A stretch of DNA of 64,000 nt. Origin: Podarcis liolepis. Its lineage: Eukaryota. The notes beneath the pieces were generated by a model. That model was not told the DNA's origin. It made no database searches and saw only the letters and a program-made list of their open reading frames with translations. Positions 21,941-35,635 of this stretch are shown in pieces; within the stretch, counting starts at the first letter, position 1; each line of letters starts with the position of its first letter. The translations under genes were made by a program, and so were the position numbers. The stretch is from NCBI GenBank assembly GCA_965112155.1, contig OZ218103.1, one strand, 5' to 3'.

Positions 21941-24900
21941 CCAAAGGCCTTTCGTGTGTTTTAATTTTTTAAGGCCCTAAGTAGTAAAAGTAAAAGTCCT
22001 GCAGGCTTAAGGCCAGAATCCCAGGAAGTCAGTCGCGACTAAAAATCGTGGGAGAAGATCCTAGGCCTTCGCCAATTATTTTTTTTAAATAGGAACCTTC
22101 CGATCAGGTTTAAGGAACTTTGGAGGATGATGGTTTTGAATAGTTGTGCAGTTGCGCCCCCCCCCCCCCCGCTCACCCACTTGCAGTAGACCTTGAGGAA
22201 GGAGAACGGTCTACCTTTCACATCACACAAAAAACTCCTTGCTGTTTGTTCCGTGTGTTGATAAGGGTTTGTTCTGCATTTGTGCTTTAAAGATCCCTTT
22301 TCAGACCCTCTTCCAGGTTTTTACATTTGCAGAAGTACCTCTCTCAAAAAATGAAATGAGAGAGAAACAGATTCCTAGAACTAGTATGTAGACAGCATCT
22401 GATGCCAAGTGCCTGCCTGCTCCTTTTGCTGCTTCGCTAGAAGCTTGGAGGAAGAAGCCCCTGATACCTTGGACAGCTTGCCCCTTTGCCATGAATGTGA
22501 GAAAGAGGGTTAGCCTCAAGCTGTTTGTCTTGTACATATAGGGGACAGTGGAATGGTTTCTCTCTAGCAAAGAGCACAAGTATTACCTGTCTTCTGTTAG
22601 TGGCATCTGGCAAGTGTACTTGGTGTTCCTGGTCTTTTTCTAGACCCTCCCCCCCCCTTTTCAGCCAGAACTTTTTCTCCTGAACTTTTTTTTTTATGGC
22701 GGTGCATCTGAAGACCTATGTTAGATAACAAGTGGCAGAAGTTGAAATTGCACTGCCTTTTCATTTGTCAGTTTTAAGTCACTGAGGCCAGATGTCATTC
22801 ACTTCAGTTCTTTTTCATTAAATTAATGAATGTGGACATTCATTTATTTAATTTCAGGCTTTTAAAATAAAGCAACCAAGAAAAAGTAACAAATGACCCA
22901 GTTCTTAAAGTACAAAATTTTAGATTTTCAAAAACCTAAAATAGAAATCACAGCAGGTGTGATAAACAAGAAATTAAAAATAAGCATTTTATAACTACAG
23001 GTAGCTTCCAAACAAAGTTTTCAAAAACTTGGTGATGAAGTTCCTTATCAGTGTTTTCTAAAGAAACAATGCTCATAGGATCAGATAGTGAATGACAGGA
23101 GGACAACAAGGCAGAAAGCAGAGGATAAGTTTTCTTAATTGAGAGAATATAAACTTGTTGGGGGGGTGTTGACCTAGGAGTAGGTGTTTAGCTTAAAAAC
23201 AACCATGATGTCCGGGATAAACAGCCATGTTTACAGATAATGGCAGATGATATGGTATAGTAGAGTACAATCCTAACCAATCCATGAAGAGTTTCTGAAG
23301 AGTTTGTTGGTTGGACAACTATGCTTTATTTATTACCACATTTTATTGTGTGTTCTATTGTCTTTGTTCTTAAAAAATGTTATTGTTTAATGCACTTTTA
23401 TAGTTTAAGGTCCTAGTTGTACTGACAATGTTGCATTAATTAAAAATCATTTATTCGACTCCAAAGTCATGCATGTTGGGGTGGGTTGGTGGGAGAAACC
23501 CTTAATTAGACTGAGGTGGAAAGAGGTATTGGCCTCATTTGCACATATCACTAATTTAGCTTAGCACAAACTTAAGGGCTCCTGGAAAGGAGATTGTAGC
23601 TGCTTTGCTCCTCCCCTGTCATTTTCCTGCTGTGCTGCAGTTGATTACAGCATATAGTTTATGCGTAGATAACTAAACAAGAAGCCTAGGTTCAGATGGC
23701 ATGCTAAGTAAACCATGGCTTAGCTTAGTGCAGCAACAAAATGGCAAGGGAGGAGTTTGGCTTAGCATTGCATGTGAATCAGGCCATTGTGATCAAAGCC
23801 CACCAGAAGTCAATTGCAGTGGCAATGAAAATGCAAAATTCTGCATTAGGAAAGGTATTTTTAAAAAATCAGCTACAACCACAGTTAATGCTGTACACTG
23901 TTGTAACCCATCCCATTTCAAAAAGGAAGCTTTAGAACTGGCAAAAACTAGAAAAGGACAATTTAAATTATCACAGTTATGAAATCTTTCCCACGAACAC
24001 TGGCTTAATGAGAAAGATGGGGGCATAATAAAATTATTCAAAAACTACTAAAACAGGGATCAGAAATTTGTGCCCTTACAGATGTTGTTGGAGTACAACT
24101 CCCTTTAGCCCCAGCTAGCATGGTCAACAGTCCAACATCTTCTGGAGGACCACAGGTTGTCCATGCCTCCATTTAAGTTAGAAGAACTATGTCACACAGC
24201 CATGTCAGCATGTAGTGTTAAGCCATTAATTTAATGGTTTAGTAAACTATCCTGTGCCCAGCTGCATGCAGACCAGCCACTCCTGCTTTGCTCTGCCCCT
24301 TTTTCTAGTGGAGAAAGAAACCATGAAGCATCCGGTTTAGCATTATGCTGAACCTCTGCTTATGGATTGCTTCACCCCAACAAACTATGATTAGGAAGTC
24401 AGTATGATGAACACACACATAACTGAAATACTATGAATATTATGAGGCCTGAACCTGTATTTTCAATTGGGAGAATCATGATTTAAAACCCCCTTTGGGG
24501 GACAATTTTATTACCATTGTGCCTTAGAAGAATTATCAACCTTTCTTTTTCTGCATTCATTTTTTCTTTCCTTTTTGGCAGCATGGAATTTGGCAGCACA
24601 CTTTCCCAAAGTTTAGTTACACCAGTCTTCATCCCAAGTTTTCTTGTTTATGCTTGTTTGTCTGATAGATCAGTGGTATACCATTCTACTCAAACGTGAA
24701 CTCTTCTGAGTTCAATAGGGCTTATTCACAGGTAGGTTTGTATAGAATTGCAGGCTAAAGAATGTAAGTTCACAAACTGGTTCATAGGACCCAAAATGCT
24801 TTCATGTTTTTATGCTGTACAGGGCTTGCATGTAACTGTGCATGGAAACAGTATTTTAAAAAAAATGCTGAAGGGAAAGGTGTGACTGCCTTGCAATGTA

Positions 24901-27731
24901 TTCAGAAGAAAAGATAGAATTCCTAGTATCTGTAATAGAGCTTTACGCTAAACCACTTTGTTTATGGAGCACTCCTGCATTGATTGGGTTGAATGACTTC
25001 ATAAATGGCTTTGATTCAATACTATTTTAAAACTAAAATTCCATTTGACAGTATGGCATAGTCTTAATTTGAAGGAGCTAGTCTTGATCAATCTACTTAT
25101 AGGTTTATTACTGAACTTGGTGGGGTAAGTGTGCATGCACATGTGTGCAAATTCATTTGCTTGTATTACCAAAACAATACAACCAAAGGTTCATGGGTAC
25201 ATTAATTAGTGTCGGTCCACAGATGGTTTATGATTTGCAGAATACTCATTTTGTTTAATAAACATGATGGATTTAAAAGGGATATAAACAAATTCATGGC
25301 TGCTAGCCATGATGGCTATAAGATGCTTCCAGGATCAGAGGCTCCATGTCTTTGAATACCAGTTGCTAAGAAAAATGGTTAAGTGTTCTGTATAGATGGT
25401 GCTATTGCCATGAAGGATATAGTAAAGCCTGCAGTGAAGGAATGATGAGCAAGGTAATTAGTTCACTTCACTTGACTGTGTGTTTATAACCACTGAAAAT
25501 TCACATGCAAAAAGGAAATGGTTTTAGTTGCTGTTTTTAAGAAATCAGTGAACATAAAATGACTGGTGTTTACATAATGAAATATTCCTCGTATTCCTCA
25601 GTTAGTCATATAGGACTGATACACACATATAATACTAAGCCATTGGCCATTAAACCATGGTTTTAACATTGCGTGTGAACCCTGCCCAGCAGCTTAACTA
25701 TGGTTTGTTAACTGCCAGCAAGTCACACTATGAAGCCATGATTTGTTGACATGTTCTAACTTCAGCTTTGCATTGCATACTAACCAAGCACCCTTCCTTT
25801 AGTGTGGTTTGTTTGGCAAGTGTCTGAGGTGGGGTGGTCAAAGGCATGAGACAAGAGCAGCTGGAAAACAAACCAAACTTTGGAGAGTCGTGGTTTCTTT
25901 GTCTTTGGGACAACTTGTGGTTAACCCATGGTTTGTCAAGCCATGACTTTGATGTAGGCCAAACCTTCATTAATTTCATACATTTCTGGATAATAGTAAA
26001 GATTTCTTTTTCTGTATCATTTCAATATCCTAACAGTTTTGCACCCAGTCATGTAGGCTTCTTGCATCATCTTCATCCTGATTTATTACACTATGCAATA
26101 CTGTAACATTCACCAGCCTCCAGTTCAAAATGATACTGTATTCTTTTAGGAAGGTTTTTTCTTTATGTTGCTGTTCACAATGCCTGATACCTGTTGTATT
26201 TGTGTGTTGGTGGTCTTCAAACAGAGCTCCTCAGATGGAGTAGTAAAGTGTTCTGTACGTCCTTGGTGAGATTTACTTTTTTGTGCCGGGGGGGATATTC
26301 TGGAAGCAGTTACGTAAACTGTTGAATTGTGTGATCATAATTTCTCCTTCTTTCTCTCTGGTCATACAAAGGTCACTTACTTTTCCACAAACAATACTCT
26401 ACTCTGTCTCACAATAAGTGCAATTAGGCAAGTACAAAATTCACTTTCAACCGAAGTGTGAAGAAATTATTTGGCGTTTTACCAACAGTCAGCTACTAAT
26501 AGATGTCTTTCAAGCTTCTGAAATACATAATACTTAGTTGAGGAGGCAGCATCCTAGACACATTTTCAGTCCTTTGGCATTTGATCCTTAGTAACAGACC
26601 AGTTACTAAGGATAACTGCAAAAGATTTCAAGGATAAAGGGAATCTATACAACTGAGAGAATGCTGCTATTACCCCTCCTTTATCCTCCCCACATCTCTC
26701 TGCTCCAAACAACACTTCTATTGTTCCATTATTGTTTTGCCTCTAGGAAAAACACTTTAATGAAGGGCCACTCTATTTAGCTGACGTATAGCTCTTGCGT
26801 GATTTTCCTATTGCCGTAAATAGCTAAATTTACAGAAGTTGCATTGATCTGTCTACTCAAATAATGTATATTATTTGTCTGGTTCAGTATAACTTTTAGT
26901 TCACAAACCAGTTGAACCACAGTACAGTAAATAGGTTCTGTCTCCCTTCACTTCAGTGGGAATAATTGTACATAAATGGAATAATTCTGTGAATTTTCAG
27001 GCTGCTTCACATTTTATAAAATTAATGAATATACAGTGTGGGGCCCTGTGACGTGTGAGGAATTGATGGCATTTTTTGACTGCAGGCACACACCATTGAG
27101 AGCTAGGGGGCATTTGTACCTGATTTTTTTTGGTGCCATGGCATAATCCCCACAATCTACACAAATGATAAAAAAGTGTGCATATTATAGTCATTGTGCG
27201 TACAAGTAGTATACTCAAAATGTACCTGCTAATTTTGTGCTGTGGCCTTGAGTAGTAATATTATCTTTCACTGCAACTAAGCTTTCTTAAAAGAAGGGGA
27301 ACCTAGCTAGGTAAAGCCTCTGTCTAATGTAGCAGCATGAACCTCATCTAATTACTATTTTTATTAACTAAAGCTTTTTCCTCTTTAGAACAAGTTGACT
27401 GTTTGTAATTTTATTTCTTCTGTTTTGAGTTGGAACTTAAGGGAAAATGCCAGAACCACTCATGATGAAGCCACCTTGCATAATAAAACCCCAACTGCTG
27501 TATCTTCTCTGCAAAGTCACTTCCGAAGGAGTGACTGCAGTGAAGAAGCAGCTGCAGGGGTGGGGGAGTCCTTAAACTTTCCACTTTCTGCTGGCTTTCT
27601 CTTGCAAAGCCCCACTCTCTGTCCTCCCCTGTCTGGGTCCCTGATCCATGTTTGCATCTTTTAGTCTTTTTAAAATATCTAAACCTAAAATATCCAAACT
27701 TTGCATGTTTAGTCTTTTAAAATATCTAAAC

Positions 27732-27868
27732 CAGTTGTGGGAAAGCTTTGACTCCCTGTATGTTGCTGAACTATAATCCCATCAGTCCCACCAATCATGG
27801 TCAGTGGCCAGGGATGATGGGAGTTGTAGTTCAACAACATCTGGCTGGCTAAGGGTCTCACAAACCTA
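27732..27868. mobile_element. Palindromic hAT MITE, same family
   Basis: GGGATGATGGGAGTTGTAGTTCAACAACATCTGG arm; 8-bp TSD ATCTAAAC. Confidence 0.8.
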
Positions 27869-28505
27869 ATCTAAACAAAGCACTTTTGTTCAGTTTGGGT
27901 GTCAGTGTATCTTTGGGATCCAATGCCATCTTGTTAAGTCATGAGTAGAATATGTTTGCTTGCTTTGACAATAGAAGGCCGTGTTTTAAAAATAAGAAAT
28001 TAATGTGAAATGCACTACTGAAGCTATTGTAGTTTTTTCTGTACACTTCATTCTACCCAGTTCACCAGTAATTGTGGTCTTAAGACCTGGATCCTGAAAA
28101 TTTGGACACTATGCTTACAGTATCCTTCCCTACTATTCCGTTCTGACTTCATTTGGCAGCACAACCCCAGTGTAAAGAAAATCCTGTTCTTCTTGTAGCA
28201 GAACTTAAAAGCAGCTTGGTATGTGATCTGCCACCTGAAAGGGAGTTAATATTTTAAACAGTATATTATTTCCACATGATTAGGAGTGGCTCAGAGGCAT
28301 AGCAATTGAGAGTTGGCTCTAAGAAGCAAAAGCAGCTGCTGATGAAATACATGCAAGCTTCTCTTCCCATCCCGAGACTTTTATTTGGTTTGCGCAATAC
28401 ACTTTAGAGACAACCTTCTCGTCTTTGGGGAAAAGTAATTGCTAGGGTTATAGCCAAGGGATTTTGAAGTATGTAAACAAGTAGCAACATTCAATTTATA
28501 AACAC

Positions 28506-28693
28506 ATAAGAAGCTGCCTTATACTAAGCCAGACTATTGAGCTATCCTACTCAGTATTATCCACCGCGTATGGAAGCAGTTCTCTAGGATTTCTGATAAG
28601 GGTCTCTCCTCCAGTCCTACCTGGAGATGTAGAATTTAATTTAGGACCTTCTGCATGTGAAGCAGTTGCTCTGCCAATGATTTATGACCCTTC
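28506..28693 (-). mobile_element. Squam3-like tRNA-derived SINE
   Basis: Reverse complement reads GAAGGGTCATAAATCATTGGCAGAGCAACTGCTTCACATGCAGAAGGTCC...AGTATAAGGCAGCTTCTTAT. Confidence 0.7.
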
Positions 28694-29246
28694 TTTGAAA
28701 TCTTGGGGAATTTGTGTTTCATAGTTCAGTACTAACCATGCAAAAATTAGGTAATTAATTTAGAAACTCAAAACTTCAGTATATGCTGCTGTGGGCTTTG
28801 GGCATACATTTGTGTTGTCACATGTACACACAAAAGGAAGTGTGTGCTTAAGTGTTTTATACACATAATTATTTGGACTTTATGTTTCTGACAGTCTTTG
28901 AGAGATCAGTAGTGTTTTGCTGCAAGAAGTATGAGAAACATTTATAAGTAGGTGATGGGTAATCCTGTATACATATGTAGGTATCCCAGTTATTTGTATA
29001 AAGAATGCAGATGTTCATTTTGTAAATCCTGACTTCCAATGAGGCTTAAACTGCCAAAGATCACTTGCAGCTGTTGCTAAGAGGCATGGGAATTAAATTG
29101 TATGTAGTGTACTGGTGCATGGATGCTTCTGGAACAGACGGTAGTTGATATAGAAAAATAGTTAAATTTTCAACTCACTCACCAAGATTCTGCTTTCTCA
29201 ATTTCCACATCAAATTAAAACAGGTTTGCTTATTTTTGTTTTATAG

Positions 29247-29289
29247 GTGCTGGAGAATCTGGTAAAAGCACCATTGTGAAACAGATGAA
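29247..29289 (+). CDS. GNAI3: GNAI3 exon 2 (43 nt, P-loop)
   Basis: ttttatAG|GTGCTGGAGAATCTGGTAAAAGC = GAGESGKSTIVKQMK; donor GTAAGT. Confidence 0.97.
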
Positions 29290-29974
29290 GTAAGTAAAGC
29301 GGCATATCTTTTAGACCGGTAGCTAATCCAATTATACTGCAGACATTGCCTGCACATGGAGGATCTTCGCAGGGTTTGAAAGAGCTCTGCCATGAAGTCA
29401 GTGTGAGGGGACATCTGGGGACTTGAAAGTTTGTATGCTGCTCCTTTTCTTGTCACATTGTGCTGTTTGTGCAGATGTCTTATTGGGCAGGGGACTGTGA
29501 GATTACAAAGCTATTGAGTCCTGCCATGATCCTCTCTTTGTGCTTTGCCCATGGTGCTAGTGAAGTATGCCAATGTGCTATTGCACAAGTAGATCATACT
29601 TCTGCTTGGGCAAGGGAGTGGGATTCCCCGAACTTTTTGCTGGTTCATCCTTCCTGCTGCAGGCCCTGCTCCACATCCCACCTCATTCCGGAGGATTTCC
29701 CAATCCCAGGGAACAGTTTTTGAGAGGACAGAGGGACTGCAGGGGAAACAAGAGGCAAGAAAGCCCCATTATCTTGGCAGTAGTTAAACTACAACCCAAT
29801 ATGTTTAGGTATATGTAAGGAATAAAATTTTATTTGTTACTGTTTTGTCCTGCCCTTTCTCAATGAGGGGATGTATGGTTCTCTTCCCCCTTTCTCATCA
29901 TTATAACAACTCTGTGAGGTGGGTTAGTCTGACTGACAGTGACTGGCTCAGTACTTACTTAGCCTAATGGCTGA

Positions 29975-30190
<216 letters not shown>

Positions 30191-31932
30191 TGATTTAACA
30201 TTACTACTGATTTAGTAGTAATGATAATAAAGTGCTTGTCTATTAAACTGGTAGTGGAAATACCACTACCATCTTGTGTTTATGTGTATACATTTGATCA
30301 AAAAATGTGAGGAGTTGGTAAACTGTGTTCTTGTTGTTTTGATGTTATTGTAACGTTGCCAGTAGATGTGAACCTGACAGTGCACTAAGATCTTTGAGGG
30401 CTTTCTCTGGACTCCTCTGCTTTCAGATGATTGGGTGGTGGGTGGTAACTGGGAAGCAGGTCTTTTTATGCTTAGGAGTGCTGTTGTGTATTTTGTCTTT
30501 TCAGCTCCATGCATTGACTCCGCCCCCCTGCAAGCTCTTAATTAACTTTTAGATGCATTCTGTTCTAGTTCGAAATCTCTGTTAAAATGTGGATTTGTTT
30601 GCTCTCTGCTGTTTTATAGCTATTACAGTTTTTAATGGTTTTTATGTTACTAGTAGTCCTATGTAAGCTTCCCAGGACATGTAAACATTGAAGGGTAGGG
30701 TACAAATCCCTTAAATAAATAAGTGCTGTCAACCTCTGAGAATGTTCTTTTGTGATCTCTTAAACAGCTCAAGACATGTTAGACAAATTTGTAGCTTCTG
30801 CCACTGTGCTTCTTTAATTAATCTATCAGTACTGTTTTGTATAATTAAGTAGGAGAACACCTTGCTGAAACTGTCCATCTTCCTGTATATCAGTCATTTT
30901 TCCCATTTAAATCATTATTTCAATTTTTTAGTTGCTTTATCTTGCCCAAGGCAACCCAAAGCAGCTTACAACCAACCACATGTAGTGTGTGCTCCCAGTT
31001 ACTCATTTTAGTCATGGCTTGAAGTTTCTTGCACCTAACGCCATAGATGATATAAGACTTGGGAAAGGTGAACATGATTTGATTGGACTATTTAGGAACT
31101 GGAGCTCTCCCATACTTGCATTAAAACTTTAATTATCCACGATTTAAAAAACTAGTTTGGTATGCAGTGTTGATGAGCATCTATTTCAAAAATTTCAACT
31201 TCCTTTCCCTAATTTGAAGCTACATTTCTTGTATTTGCAGATATTTGTTTTGCTTAAATTGTTCTTTTTCCAGCTTAAGACAGTGCTCAGCTACTAATTT
31301 CGCAGCTATAAAACTTTTTAATTCATAAGCATAAGCTTCAATTATTTCTTTGGCTCTTGCCACTCTTATCACAATGTGTTTCATAGCTGAGTAGTACTAT
31401 TTAAATTAGTCCACAGAAGCTTATGCCATAGGGCAACATCCAGTTGTGTCTGTAGAACAGACTTCCACTCATGCAATGGGGCTTCCTCTTCTCACTCTTG
31501 TAGTCTCCCATTGCAGATCTGCTCTGGAGGGTTGTGGGGCACAGAGAGTTCCAGAGGGGAGGAAAAGAAGAGGAGGTCCAATTGTATGAACAGGTCTGCT
31601 TGTGCGACAGTGGATATCTCCAATAATAAATAAGGTGTCCCAAACCTCTTTATCGGATGAGCTTGTTTCCCAACTGTCGTATCAGACTGCAATATACCTT
31701 CATTTTTGGTAGTTCTGATCAGCATAGCTGATTCTTTGAATTCTAGTTGTGATGCACATCAAATAATGGTTTGTGCAATTAGCAGTTGGTCGTTTAGAAG
31801 TAATATTTCAGAGAAGGAAACAGTCTGCTGCTGGTGGGTAGTAGGTAATAAACCATACCATTGTAAACTCGCATTGAAACACTTCCCCTAATGTTGGTTG
31901 TTAAGCATATGTTATTATACTGCACATGATAA

Positions 31933-32120
<188 letters not shown>

Positions 32121-32627
32121 GTAAGAAACTTTTTATAGATTTTAAGCACTTTCACAGATAAACTCATGCTCTTTTAACTGCCCACATAGGTGCTATACTT
32201 GTTTTGTCAGAACTGTTGTTTATTTTTCAGAGTTCTGGCAAGAGCGATGAATACTCCCAAATAATTTCTGTGGTATTTCTCAAAAGGCTTTGGGGAAACT
32301 TAATGTGAGGATGTTAAAATGCATTTCAGGAAAATTCCTTAAGCCTGACAAACTGGACAGTGAACTGTTAATGAAGGCTTGGCTTTGAAGATTCCATCGA
32401 TTATGCTTAATTGATCAAAGCGAGTTCTGTGGGTCAAAGGAAAGGATGGAGCCATCAGTCCCAACACCACTTACTTTTCTTGTCTATGGTATACTGGACG
32501 CTTGGCAACCTGACTTTAATGGCATTCTTGAGGTCTCCTTCTCTAAAACAGTGGTACTAATCTTTTTCATTTTGACAAAAGTGTCATCTCCCCAATTCTC
32601 AGTGTTTATTTTGTCTTGTCTGAACTT

Positions 32628-32722
32628 GGGAAAGGACTGTAGCTTGGTGGTAGAGCATCTACTTTGTATGCGGAAAGTCCCAGGTTCAGTCCTGGGCATC
32701 TTCAGGTAGGACTGGGAAAGAC
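32628..32722 (+). mobile_element. Squam3-like SINE, 5' part
   Basis: GGGAAAGGACTGTAGCTTGGTGGTAGAGCATCTACTTTGTATGCGGAAAGTCCCAGGTTCAGTCC...AGGTAGGACTGGGAAAGACT. Confidence 0.7.
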
Positions 32723-32910
32723 TGTGGCCTGTCATTTGTTTAAACTTAGTCACTGAGGACAATTGAGGAGTGGCAACAGTCCTTTGGACACTGCATCAAC
32801 CTATTATTTCTTTCCAGAACTGCATGAACCTATTATTTTATTTCAGAAGTGCTTAATATTCTCAGGGTATAGGTGTTTGCAACACTTCCTGGAGACTTTT
32901 TCTGCATTTA

Positions 32911-33075
32911 CAGTGGACCCTCCATATATGAACTTAATTTGTTCTGGGGGTCCGTTCACACCCCATATATAACGTAAATAGAGGTGTGCTTCTGCACGTG
33001 CGGCAAAACCCGGAAGTATACACTTCCAGGTTTGCCCTGGCCGTAACCCAAAGATTCCGTATCCAGGGGAATATG
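32911..33075. mobile_element. Degenerate Tigger-like MITE
   Basis: TA|CAGTGGACCCTCC start; internal palindrome AAACCCGGAAGT...ACTTCCAGGTTT. Confidence 0.5.
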
Positions 33076-35446
33076 TAAGTAGAGGGATGACTATTTAGCT
33101 TGAAGTCACAATAAAAGAAGCCATTTATACCCATAACAGCAGTATGAAGCTGGCTATGATTATAGGACACAAGTATCATTCTTGAATGGTTTTTCTTGGC
33201 ATTGCTGTGCCCCCTTTTTTTGTAGAGCAATGGTTTTATTTGCATTTTCCAGTAATTTAAACCAAGATATTCTTAAGAACCTGTGGATTATCTATTTTGA
33301 GATAGGTTTTTTTTTTTTTTACACCAATGTATGCAGCATATCATAGAACGAGGGCAATAAAATCACTAATTCCTTGCTGGTTGATAGCTTGCCGAACCAA
33401 GTCTTTGTACTACCAGATAAGGTAGATCTAAACCAGCTTTACTTCTTCAGAGCTTGCTGCTGAAACATGACTATACTGTATACAGATGACTAACCTGCAT
33501 GGAAAGAGAGAATATCATCTGTTTAAATAATTCACTGCTGCTTGTTTTCAAATGAAGGTCTTAACTGTTTTCAGGACTTGAAGTAGCTCTTTTTTTTTTT
33601 GGCAGCATTTTACACTACAGCCAGGTGCTTGGAGTTTTCATTTAATCCACTCACATTTTGGTTTTAGTTTCAGGTTGCTTTTCCATTGCCTAATCTAAAA
33701 GCAGGACAACACGCTCTTCCTTCTAGTGTGGGCAGAAAAGTGAGGTATAAATGAATGTAATAATAAATAAAGTTATAGTACTGTTTCACATATCTGTAGT
33801 TTAAGTATAGCATAGAAGGTCGCAAAATCTTTGTTTCCCAGCAGAAGTATTTTTATTACAAGAAGCTGAGATCATAAACTTTGCCCTCCCTAGGTAATTT
33901 GTTAACATCAAACCCTAATCAGGAATCTGCTTCAGCAAAGGAATAGCATCTCAAGACAGTAATTATACTCTTTGAGTTACTTTTAAGTCATCTTACTGCT
34001 TTGTGAGACTTTATAGGACCAAATGAGACTGGGCTCTCTGTTAAAAGGTTCAGCTGTAAAATACAGTTAAGTGGCAGTGCAAAATAAGGCTGCCCTCCCT
34101 TCTGCTGCAGGAGAAAACTAAGCTGGAGCCAGAGTACTATATAGTAACTAATGTGTTGGATATGGATGTGGATAACCCAGATTCAAACCTTGTTTAACTG
34201 ATAAAGCTCATGGTACCCTTAGGGCAAGCTACTGTATTTCATCCTTGGTTCCAGCACATTGTGATTTTCAAGACAGTGTCTGTTGGTTCTTTACGCATAT
34301 TTGGAAGTAAGTAAAGTCATAGATACTTGTAAAAAGAAACCACGGGGAATAGGAGCATTACCAAATAATACCTAATAATATAGTGCAAGCTTCCCTAACC
34401 AGCTGCCCACCATACCTTTTGTACTACACCACTCATCACCCTGAGCCTGCACACTTTTTAGTGCAAAATATCTGTAGGGCACCATGTTGGGGAAGACTGA
34501 CAGAGGAAATCTCCTAAGATTTCAAGTACTGTATATAGTCATCACTCCTTGCAACAACCCTTTTAATGTAGACCTGTTACTGAGTGGGGATCTGTGAGGT
34601 TGGGGGATAGTGGCTTGCCTGAAGTTAACCAGCAAGTTAGTGACTGAGCTAAGATTTTAATTGGCAACATAGACATAGTCTCATCACTCACTTTTCTTAA
34701 CTGCTGCATTACACACAACTCCTTCCTACTGATCTCCATGAAGTTTCTCTCATCACAGCAACTCAGGCAATGATTACATACCTCAAGCTTGCAATCTTAA
34801 CAATCTATAGTGCATACTCTTCAATTTGTTTCTTGTATTTCTCCCCTTTGCCTGCCAGTATAGAGGTAACTATCAATTCTTTCTACATTGCATTTCCTAC
34901 ATGTATATCTTATAACTCTTTTTTAATGTTTCAAGTAAGCACCATTTATATAAATGTTCTTTATTGAATAACTTAAGCAAAAAGACAGGACCTTGCCTTA
35001 AGGAGTTTACATTTTCATCATCATATTAGGGACTACTTTGGCTCAAGCTATTATATTTACTGATTGTTGTAAAACTCGAGAACTTATAGTGTGAACATTG
35101 CTACTGTAATGATGTTTTGGAAAGCATTAAGCCTGTATCTTAAAACTACATTTTAAGGCAGCTCTTAATGTAGCTCTCTCATAAAGAACCCAAAATATAT
35201 CCATTGGCTCCAGTTTCAACTGAGGTTACAAACTTAAGTAACTTTGTTAACATGGAATAAATTTCAAAAGTTAGATCCAGTAAAGCGAGTGCTTAACTGG
35301 CTTCGGGTAATCTACAGTCATGACAGTCATAACACCCTGGAAGAAGAAGAAAAATAACATCGCAGAAGAATTTTTTGATTTTTCTCTAGATGAGAATAAG
35401 GCATAGAAGAAGAATATAGGAGTCGCTCACAAAAATTGTGTCTTAG

Positions 35447-35635
<189 letters not shown>

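Noticed and set aside
21342-21944. 200-aa antisense and 139-aa alternate-frame ORFs in the CpG island
   Set aside because: Low-complexity A/P/G/R translations expected from stop-poor GC-rich DNA
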